Origin: Malacoraja senta
Lineage: Eukaryota
Assembly: GCA_038087875.1 (NCBI GenBank)
Contig: CM075977.1
Location: 84,196,001 to 84,260,000 of the forward strand
DNA length: 64,000 nucleotides
Direction: 5' to 3'
The notes beneath the pieces are model-generated. The model did not search any database. It was not told the DNA's origin and was given only the letters and a program-made list of their open reading frames with translations. Positions 25,356-35,670 of the stretch are shown piece after piece (position 1 is the stretch's first letter; each line of letters begins with the position of its first letter). Position numbers and translations under genes: made by a program.

Positions 25356-25767
25356 AGTGATGGGCTCGTCAGGGAATTATTAGAAATGTGATTAGGTCCA
25401 AGTTGGCAGTGAGTGGTCCCAGATGCAAGAAGGTTGAGAAACCTTTACTCAAGAAGATGTTATCTTTGCACAGTCATCTATTTTTTTTTGCTATTAAAAA
25501 GAGGGATTAAGAGATGTAGAATAGATCAGCCATGATTGAATATCAGAGTAGACATGATGGGCCGAATGGCCTAGTTCTGCTCCTATTACTTATGAACATA
25601 ATACCAACATTGCATTTCTGGAGGTTTTTAGATGACCATTGTTGGACCTGAATATCTATAGGTTATTAGTCAAGAGATCTGGATTATTAGTCCAGTAATA
25701 TAACAACCACACTGCCATAAAATGGGAACTGAACTCCTTCCATGGTCCCAAGTCTATTTTGCCCTCT

Positions 25768-26062
25768 AGTTTAGTGCGAAACAGGCCCCTCGGTGCACCG
25801 AGTCCGCACCGGCCAGTTATCACCCCATACACTAGCAATGTTCTGCACACTAGGGACAATTTTTTACAATTTTACTGAAGCTAATTAACCTACAAACCTG
25901 TACATCTTTGGAATGTGGGAGGAAACCGGAACACCTTGAGAAAACAAAAGCAGTCACGGAGGAGAACGGACAAGCTCCATACAGACAGCCCCCGTAGTCA
26001 GGATTGAGCATGGGTTTCTGGTGCTGTAAGGCAGCAACTCTACTGCTGCGCCACCGTGTCAC
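25768..26062 (-). mobile_element. HE1-type V-SINE
   Basis: Minus-strand head gtgacacggtggcgcagcagtagagttgctgcc; V-core (plus strand tgtgggaggaaaccggaacacc); CR1-like tail. Confidence 0.88.
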
Positions 26063-26535
26063 CCTAACCCTAACCCTTCACTTGAACACTACGCTGCCAA
26101 AAAAAAACTATGATCTAATTTTTATTACCAATTACGGACAAAATAATGTCATTGTTACGGAACATGTGAAGAAAAGAGCAATGCATTCCAAGAACCGCTG
26201 CTAAAATTAAAAGGCTCAAACACGAGCGTAGAAAGTAGAAGTTGTGAAATGGGAGTAAATTCCTGCTTGCGCAAACTACTGTCACAGCTTAACTGTTCAT
26301 TCAGGAATGCCAAAATGTGATAACGTGCTTTTCTTAAAAGCATTTTGAATATAAACATGTGATGTTAAATCTGACAATGTTGGCGTCATCAAATGCTGTA
26401 TCAATGACTAAAGCCAATGATGGGTAGTACCGAACTATGCAGTATGATTGAGTCTGCGTTTTGTCCCGAGTGGCTTTTGGGCAATTGAAGTAAATTTGTG
26501 TCATTTTGTAGACTGAAATATGGAAATTAATCAAC

Positions 26536-27030
26536 TGAAGATAGACACAAAATGCTAGAAAAACTCAGCGAGTCAGGCAGCATCTCTGGAAAAATGGGAT
26601 GGGTGACGTTTCGGGTAGGAACCCTTTTTCTGACTGAAAGATAGGGGTGGTGGGGGGGATGGGGAAAAAAGGCAAGAAAAGGTCAGTACAAAGGGCTGAC
26701 AACAGATGGCTTCTTGAAGGATGGAGTCTATAATGGCTCATTGAAGGCTGTGGAAGATGTGCTAATGAGAAGGATACAAGGATGTGAACAGTGGAACTTG
26801 TAGGATGACTAGGGTGGGAGAGAAAGGGGGGGGAGGGGGGGATGCAGGAGGTAATTGAAATTAGATAAATCAACATTCACCTGGGTTGTAAGCTGCGAAA
26901 TGTGAGATGCTGTTCCTCCAATTTGAATGAGACCTCATTCTGACAGGGAGGCCCAGGACACAAAGGTCGGAATGGGAAGGGAGTTAAAATGTTTGGCAAC
27001 CGGGAAATCGAGTCGGCCAAGGTGGACTTG
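26536..27030 (-). mobile_element. PLE 3' fragment and pLTR
   Basis: pLTR followed by the reverse complement of the EEQHL...LQPR coding end. Confidence 0.75.
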
Positions 27031-27311
27031 TTTCGCCACAGTCTTTGTCACAGGACAGTTTATGGATATAAACATGAAGGAATATTAATTAATTTGATAT
27101 CAAGACTACTTTACCAATTTTGATTTTAAGAAAAAGAGGAATCATAAAATTAAAATTGATATCATATTCATAAATCACCATCAGACTTGTTTATCCGTAT
27201 CTAATCACCTGCCGGAAAAGCCATAAAGGGGTAAACTACAAAGGGATAAACAGTGATGTACCTCTACTGGTGCAGACGTTCACAGGAAGGGGGCACATAT
27301 TAAGTATCTGA

Positions 27312-28598
27312 AGCAGCATCTATGGAGCGAAGGAAATAGGCCACGTTTCGGGTCGAGACCCTTCCTCAGACTGATGTGGGGGTGGGGGGGGGGGCAGGAA
27401 GAAGAAAGGAAAAGGTGGAGACAGTGGGCTGTGGGAGAGCTGGGAAGGGGAGGGGAAAGAAGGAGAAAGCAGGGACTACCTGAAATTGGAGAAGTCAATG
27501 CTCATATCGCTGGGGTGCAAACTGCCCAAGCGAAATATGAGGTGCTGCTCCTCCAATTTATGGTGGGCCTCACTCTGGCCATGGAGGAGGCCCAGGACAT
27601 AAAGGTCAGATTCGGAATGGGAGGGGGAGTTGAAGTGCTGAGCCACCGGGAGATCAAGTTGGTTATTGCGAACTGAGCGGAGGTGTTGGGCGAAGTGATC
27701 GCCAAGCCTACGCTTGGTCTCACCGATGTCGAGCAGCTGACACCTAGAGCAGCGGTGCAATAGATGAGGTTGGATGAGGTGCAGGTGAACCTCTGCCACA
27801 CCTGGAAAGACTGCTTGGGTCCTTGGAGTCAAGGGGGGAGGTAAAGCGACAAGTGTAGCATTTCCAGCGGTTGCAAGAGAAAGTGCCAGGAGAGGGGGTG
27901 GTTTGGGTGGGAAGGGACGAATTGACCAGGGAGTTACAGAGAGAGCGGTCTCTGCGGAAAGCCGAAAGGGGATGAGATGGGAGGTGTGGCCAGTGGTGGG
28001 ATCCCGTTGGAGGTGGCGAAAATGTCGGAGGATTATTTGTTGTATGTGACGGCTGGTAGGGTGGAAGGTGAGGACAAGGGGGACTCTGCCCTTGTTACGA
28101 GTGGGGGGATGGGGAGTGAGAGCAGAGTTACGGGGTATAGAAGAGATCCCGGTGAGAGCCTCATCTATAGTAGAAGAGGGGAACTCCCATTCCCTAAAGA
28201 ATAAGGACATCTCCGATGCCCTGGTTTGGAATACCTCATCCTGGGTGCAGATATGGCATAGACAGAGAAATTGGGAGTAGGGGATGGAGTCGTTACAGGA
28301 AGCAGGGTGGGAAGAAGTAGTTTATACCCCAGTGGTATGAACATTGACTTCTCCAATTTTAGGTAGTCCCTGCTTTCTCCTTCTTTCCCTTCCCCTTCCC
28401 AGCTCTCCCACAGCCCACTGTCTCCACCTCTTCCTTTCCTCTTGCCGCCCCCCCCCATCCCCAAATCAGTCTGAAGAAGGGTCTCAACCCGAAACGTCAC
28501 CTATTTCCTTCGCTCCATAGATGCTGCCGCACCCGCCGAGTTTCACCAGCATTTTTGTCTACCTTTGATTTTCCAGCATCTGTAGATCCTTCTTAAAT
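27312..28598 (-). mobile_element. 5'-truncated Penelope-like element with inverted pLTR and 15-bp TSD
   Basis: ORFs 27476-28210 and 27502-27801 carry GIY-YIG motifs (NLIYC...LLDIGETKRRLGDHFAQHLRSV...EEQHLIFRLGSL); inverted pLTR 28320-28598; atattaagtatctga at 27297-27311 and 28599-28613. Confidence 0.92.
28468..28503 (+). ncRNA. Minimal type I hammerhead ribozyme motif (best-preserved copy)
   Basis: CTGAAGA (28471-28477) + extra A, helix II GGGT-ctca-ACCC, GAAAC, GTC cleavage triplet; helix I is only about 2 bp in this copy. Confidence 0.65.
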
Positions 28599-29159
28599 AT
28601 ATTAAGTATCTGATCATTTCAATGCACATTTCAATGAGCTGGGTTACTTTCTATCAATTGACTGTTTAGAATTCTATTATTACATTTATAAATGTAATAT
28701 GCTGCAAAATAAATTCCATATGACGGGGTTAACATGCTGATCAAATCTTACAAAAGAACCTATCTTCCAGCAACCTAATGCAACTCAACATTGCTGTCAA
28801 TATATATTCTTCACTTTCACAAATCAAAAGTTTGATTTGTTTCTGGGAACAAAGTATGCAGCAAGCCAAGCACGCTATGTGTTTCCTCTGGGCACTTTGC
28901 TTTCTTCCCACACCACAAAGAAATTCTGGTCGGTATGTTATTTGGCCACTGTAAATTGCCACTGGTGTAGATGAGTGGTGGAATCTGGACGAGGAAAGTT
29001 CATGAGAATGTGGGCAGGAGAAGTTACAGGGAAAATTAGTGAGGAATGGAAATGCCCAGGGAGCTAGCATCATCCCAAAGGACCAAATGGCCTCCTTTTG
29101 AGGTGGACAAAGAAGGGAGCAATCAAAATGTTTGGGCCAGGTTCAATGGGAGGGGAATA

Positions 29160-29830
29160 CAAGGAACTGCAGATACTTGAACCTTGCATAGAACACAAAG
29201 TGCTGGAATAATAGTGGGTCAGGCATCATCTCTGGAGGACATGGATAGGCAACGTTTCAGTTCAGGACCACCTTTCGGACTGATTGTAGTGGGATTGTAG
29301 TGTAGCTGGCAAAGAGGTGTGGGTGAGACAAAGCCTGACAAGTGATAGGTGAATACAGGTGAGGGTTTTTGTTTTCATTGGCAGATGGGTGGACAAAGAC
29401 TAGAAAGGAAAAATTAACAAAAAGTTGACAAAAGAGTGTTGATAAGGAGAGAAGAGGAGTGAAATATAAAGCCTGAAGCAGGGCTATAGGAGGAAGGGGA
29501 TGGGTGGGTGAGAAAGAGGGTGGGAGAGAAAGAGGGTGGGATAGTGGGAGAATGGTTGTGCATGGAGGGAGAAGAGAAAAAAAAGATGATGGGTGTTAAC
29601 TAAAATTGGAGAATTCAATTGGTGCGCACCCATTCTCTGACAAACCCACCCCATTCCCCTTTTATCTTCTTTTCATCTCTAGCCTTGCCAGGCTTTGTCC
29701 CGGTCCCATCACTCTCTCCCTTTGCCATAATCAGTCTGAACAAGGCTCCCAACCCTAAACGTTGCCTACCCATGTCTTCCAGAAATGCTGCCTGACCCAC
29801 TAAGTTACTTGAGCATTTTGTGTTCCTTGA
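29160..29830. mobile_element. Older PLE pLTR inverted pair
   Basis: Minus pLTR about 29160-29612 followed by plus pLTR about 29630-29830. Confidence 0.7.
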
Positions 29831-32101
29831 TAGGAGGTAGAAAGGGAATGTTTTGGTGTCATTTGCAATCCAGGGAGCAGGGAGATGGGTGGCTCAGGGC
29901 TAGGAACAATCAAAGGGAAAGGTAAGAGCTGGGGCAATCAGTAGATATTTCGGCAACTGTGTAGGATGGGCGAGTAGGATATGGTGACTGGTGACTGGAT
30001 TGAATGTAGTAACTGGATTGAAATGATTAAGCTTTAAAGAATACAATTTTATTACATTTTGCAAGAGTAGATGTGTAATCCTCAAAAAATGTGTCTTATG
30101 TGCTAAGATAATGGAACACTTGGAAAGAAATCCAAGTCGGTTCATGGAAAATGTAAAAGAGGTAATGGGAAGTGACACATCAAGCATTAACATTTCCAGC
30201 TTATCTGATATGGATATCGTGCATGAATTTGTGCTTACTTAGAGATTAAGCAATATTGAATGGTTTTGAATTGCAAGACTCACATGGAGTCGGTGATCTG
30301 AAAGCATTTTCATACCAAACATAGATAACGGAGTTCTGAATTTAACAAAGTACATTGTGGCATCGTAAAAATAACGTCTGTCCTTGGGGAAAGAACTCCA
30401 TGAATAACTACTGTATTTAAAGCTAAACAACCAAATATTCTGCAGGTTTGATCTCCTGGGTAATTTTTTTAGCTCAGAAAAGGACATTCGTCCAAGAATT
30501 GAGATATCTTGTTGCAACTGTTCATGATGTTGATGAGGCCACATTTGGAGTATTGTAGGAAGATCTGATAATCAAGCTATATGAAAGATGCCATTCAGCT
30601 GGAAAGGGTGAGAAAAGATTCACAGGGATGTTACCAAGGCTGGAGTTAAAAGGAGGGACTGCATAGGCTGGGGCTTTTTAATTTCAAATAATTTCACTGC
30701 ACCCAGCTAGGTACAAGTGACAATAACGTATCATGGTAATCATCATCATATTCTGACACTGTACCTCTGCTTGCAAAATGATTCCTGTTTACTCTGTTCA
30801 CTGTCATGTTCCTTAGAGTCTGTGGTGCTGTGTGATCCAACCTCAGTCAATCACATGCTTAGCATCCTGTAGATGAACACTTTACTGCACCTCCCAGAGA
30901 TGTAATAACACTCAGCAGTTTTCAGGAACAACATTGCACTATAATTGTAGGCAATAGGTTTCAGCTGTGCCAGCAATTTGCATAAAGACAAGTCACATAT
31001 GTTACACATAAAGATATATTTTTAGTTTCATATCCCACTCCAGTTTATTATTTAATTATTTGCAGTTAGGAAACATCTGGTGAACTTAACTGATTTGACA
31101 AAGTAAAGAGCACACTGAGAAAAGCGGCATTAAAAAGAAGAACATCGACTGCAGGCTTGATTGCCAGGGTATTTGTTTTAAACTCGGAGATCTATCTGAA
31201 AAGCCACATCTAATGTACCGTTAATTTGGTTGAAAGATCAAATAAAAATATTTAGTACATAGTTTGGTCAATGCAGAAATTACCATTTCATGTCCCCTAA
31301 CTTCTAAGATGTTTTCTGAAGGATAGAGAGATGTTGTACATCTTCACTGTACATGGAAAGGCTGAATGGCATATAATTGCTCACTCCAAAGAACTGTAAA
31401 TCAAAGGAATTATAATGAATGAGTTTAAATTCTTGCAGACATTTGTGAATTTCTTAGGAGCCATGACAAGGGATCTAGCCTTTCCTGACAACATCCAAGA
31501 GCGTAGCAGTTTGTTTCCTCCTGCAAAATGTAACGGTCCCCAGCTACAGGGAGACACAAGGAATTACAGATGTTGGAATCTTGAGCAAAGCACACATTGC
31601 TGGGGTAATTTAGCGGGTCAAGCAGCATCTCTGGAGGACATGGGTCAGCAACATCATCCATTCCCACCACAGACGCTGCCTGACCCGCTGAGTTACCCCA
31701 GCAATTTGTGTTTAGTCCTAGTTACTGAGAATCTGACTGAAAATGTTCACACTAAACCTTACAAGATGACACAGCATCTGAGAAAACATTAAAGAAAGCA
31801 AAATGCTGAAAATCCTCATCAGGTCAGGCAGAAGGGTTGCCTCATCAGGGTCAGGCAGCACAGTTGAAGCGAGGGTGATCATCTCATGTTCATGACCTCT
31901 CATCAGAACAGATAAAAATACGATGCCTGGGGTTCATTCTGTGCCTAACATTTAGCGTGAAGAAGTGACGGAAGTATTATGTAATCCCACACTGACACTG
32001 ATGGAAAGCCATAAATATCATCATTGGGATTTATCACAGGGATGTGCCTCCATTGCCAGCACAGAATTTTTTCAGACGCTTTATTCCATTTTTATATATA
32101 A

Positions 32102-33498
32102 CTAGACTAAGTGGGATCCGTTGGGTCCCAGTCACACAGGAGGCCTGGTCCCCCAATGCAACCCATTCCCCAACGCAATATTCCACCACTCACCTGTTCC
32201 CCCAACGCAAACCGTTCCCTCAACGCAATATTCCACCACTCACTCATAGCCCCTAACTGCACAGGCACAGCTCATTTCCCCTCATCCCCGAGCACTCCCT
32301 CCCCCTCCTCTTCATGTGTGGGAGGGGAGGGAAGTGGTGTGTGTGGTGGGGGGGTGTGGGGTGGGAGGGGAGGAGGGGTGTATGTGGACGGGGAGGTGTA
32401 GGGGGGGAGAGGGTGATGTGGGGGGAGGGGGGTGTATGGCGGGGGTGTATGGCGGGGGAGATGTGTATGTGGGCAGGAGGGGAGGATGGATGTGGGAGGT
32501 GGGAGGAGGGATGTGTGGTGGAGGGTGTGTGTGTGGGTGGGGGGAATGTGTGGGGGCGGGGGGTTGTGGGGGGGAGGGAGTTGTGAGGGGAGAGGGGTTT
32601 GTGGGCGGGGGAGGGGGGAGTGAGCTCAGAGAAAAGATGGGGAGGGGGGAGGGAGCCAGCGAGGGGGACCAGAGGGGTAGTGGCTGGAATTGGCGGTGAG
32701 ATGGGAACTCACAGCGGGCGCTGGTCACTGGTCGTTCTCCTCCGCCGGGATCAGAGTCTCCACTTTCCGTTTGGCGACAGCGGCGACATCTCCGACTCCG
32801 GGCTGGGCTGGGTCTCCGATGCTGGGCTGGGTCTCCCACGCTGGGCTGGGTCGGGTCTCCGACGCTGGGCTGAGTCGGGTCTCCGACGCTGGGCTGGATC
32901 TCCGACGCTGGGCTGCTTGGGGCTGGGCTGCTTGGGGCTGGGCTGCTTGGGGCTGGGCTGCTTGGGGCTGGGCTGCTTGGGGCTGGGCTGCTTGGGGCTG
33001 GGCTGCTTGGGGCTGGGCTGCTTGGGGCTGGGCTGCTTGGGGCTGGGCTGCTTGGGGCTGGGCTGCTTGGGGCTGGGCTGCTTGTGGCTGGGCTGCTTGG
33101 GGCTGGGCTGCTTGTGACTGGGCTGCTTCGGGTCCCTCCAAAAATTGTGTCCGGTTGGAAACCTCCGCCGGCCATTCTCAGCTCCAGTAAAGACGCGATG
33201 GCGCAGGAAGGGACGGACCGTCCCGGTGAGTGACGGGGGAAGAGACTAATCCGCGCGGCGCTGAACGGCAGGAGAAGAGATCGATCTGTGCATGCGCGGT
33301 TTTTAAGATTTTTTAAACCTCGCTAAATGTTGCGACATTTAACCGATCGGAACGAAACTTGGTGCAATCGCAGCATAGGAGAACGGTGAGTGAACTGGCG
33401 AAAAATTGTAGCGCTATCGCAAACTGTTTTTGCACAAATAGAAAGACCGCACACACCCGAAGATAACTAGATCAGAGTTTTAGTTATGTATAGATAGA
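32102..33498 (-). mobile_element. Complete non-autonomous Helitron
   Basis: Minus strand starts A|TCTATCTATACATAACTAAAA (33498, or 33494) and ends with hairpin gggacccaacggatccc (32129-32113) then CTAG|T at 32105-32102; no TSD; inserted between A and T. Confidence 0.85.
32907..33128 (+). repeat. 15-bp minisatellite (gctgggctgcttggg), about 15 copies, inside the Helitron
   Basis: Directly visible; preceded by related 20-25 bp units (gggtctccgacgctgggctg). Confidence 0.95.
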
Positions 33499-34399
33499 TT
33501 TCTCAATGCCAGGAGCTCTCCATTCTGAGAGCAGCCATGTCCCTATGTGACTGATGTTACTGGCGCAGTAGAGTTTCCCAGAGGATATAGATGATTAAGT
33601 AAACGTCATTGTCCAGGTCGACCAAAAAGTGAAAACTATCCCTGTGGAATACCTTCCCAGGTCTATTATACACATGGTCTGATGATTAAATATACTGTAG
33701 CATGAGTGCTTAACCGAGTGTGAAGTGGACAACACTGGGCCGTCAGTGTGAAGGCTGTGCAAGTGATTGCTGACTGAGCGATTCTTACATCAGGAGCTCA
33801 AAACGGGCCGTGCTCAGGATATCAAAGCATCAGAGCAAACGGACATTATGTTCATGTGATATGAATTAAATGCGCAGGCCTTATGTAATTGATATTACAA
33901 ATGAATTAAATATGTAATTCATTATGAATTAAATATGAATTATATTTAATTCATATGTAATCTGAAGCAAATAACTCAAGAAATTATTCAAAATTATGAC
34001 AATCTATTAAATCAATGCACTAAACCTACGTCCTCTAGTTTTTGGGGGAAGGTTTCCTATTATCTACCCTGTCTATGTCACTTATTGTATACTGTATACC
34101 TCTTATCAGGTCCCCTCTCTGCCTCTTCAACTCCAAGCAAAACAAACCCATCTTATCAGTCTCTCCTCATAAATGCAATGCTCCATGCCACACAGAATCC
34201 ATGTGATACACCACTGCACCCTCAACAGTGGAATCTCACCTTTCCTATAGTGTGACGATCTACTCAAAGCCATGCATGAATGCTTCTGGTAGAAATTCAG
34301 GACAGTTTCATTTAATTGGAGAAGTATTACTTGGAATTGGAGCATTCATTACTCATGCCATTGCATTATAATTGACCTAAGCAGAATATGTGCTGTTCT

Positions 34400-35670
34400 T
34401 TAAGATCCCACCACCAGTCATATCTCTCCATCCGTAACCCTTTCCACTTTCCAGAGAGTCCAATCTCTCTGCAGCTCATTGGTTTGCTCATCCCTTCCCA
34501 CCCGACCCGCTCCCTCCCAAAGGCACTTTCCCTGCAACCCAGGAAATGTAACACCTTTCTCAACACCACACCAGACAATAGGTGCAAGAGTAGGCCATTC
34601 GGCCCTTTGAACCAGCTCCGCCATTCAATGTGATCATGGCTGATCATCCACAATCAGTACCCCGTTCCTGAATTCTCCCCATATCTCCCGCGGTGCTGGC
34701 TCGAAGGGCCGAATGGCCTACTCCTGCACCTATTGTCTATTGTCTATTGACTCCGCTATCTTTAAGAGCCCTATCTAGCTCTCTCTTGAAAGTATCCAGA
34801 GAACCGGCCTCCACCGCCCTCTGAGGCAGAGAATTCCACACTCACAACTCTCTGTGTGAAAAAAGTGTTTCCTCATCTCCATTCTAAATGCCTTACCCCT
34901 TATTCTTAAAGTGTGGCCCCTGGTTCTGGACTCCCCCAATATCGGGAACATGTTTCCTGCCTCTAGTGTGTCCAAACCCTTAATAATATTCTATGTTTCA
35001 ATAAGATCCCCTCGCATCCTTCTAAATTCCAGAGTGTACAAGCCCAGCCGCTCCATTCTCTCAGCATATGACAGTCTCGCCATCCCAGGAATTAACCTGG
35101 TGAACCTACGCTGCACTCCCTCAATAGCAAGAATGTCCTTCCTCAAATTAGGGGACCAAAACTGCACACAATACTCCAGGTGTGGTCTCACTAGGGTCCT
35201 ATACGACTGCAGAAGGACCTCTTTGCTCCTATACTCAACTCCTCTTGCTATGAAGGCCAACGTGCCATTCGCTTTCTTCACTGCCTGCTGTACCTGCATG
35301 CTTACTTTCATTGACCTTCTCTCACACTTCCATCCAGGGTCCCCAGCAACCCTTCTAGGTGAGGCAGATGTTCACGTGCACCTCCTTCAACCTTGTCGAT
35401 TGCATTTGTTGCTCCCAATGTGGCCTTTACATCAGCAAAACCAAGCATAGACGAGGCCATTGTTTTGCTGAACACGCACTCTATCCACCCAGGTCTGTTG
35501 GATCTCCTGGTTACTAACCATTCTAATTCCATTTCCCTTTCCCACACCAACTTTTCTGTCCTTGGCCTCTTCCATTGCCAGCGTGAGGCCACACATAAAA
35601 TGGAAAAGCAGTACCTCATTTTTATAGTTTACAACCCAAAGGTCTGAACACTGAATTCTCCAATTTCAAG
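34400..35670 (+). mobile_element. PLE fragment split by a HER1 insertion
   Basis: PLE sequence stops at ...cctgcaacccaggaaatgtaacacc (about 34555) and resumes near 35312 (catccagggtccccagc...gtgaggcag). Confidence 0.7.
34572..35311 (-). mobile_element. HER1 LINE 3' fragment
   Basis: MKVSMQVQQAVKKANGTLAFIARGVEYRSKEVLLQSYRTLVRPHLEYCVQFWSP...LYTLEFRRMRGDLIET. Confidence 0.93.

Noticed and set aside
25310-25375. Apparent hammerhead core CTGACGA...GAAAC on the minus strand
   Set aside because: CTGACGA lies outside the TSD in flanking DNA and helix II does not close properly; the HDV-like fold explains the sequence fully.
32312-33190. Long ORFs with (SSPAP)n, (AAQPQ)n, (WGWAA)n and (CLGLG)n
   Set aside because: All are translations of a stop-free 15-bp minisatellite and G-rich tract inside a Helitron.
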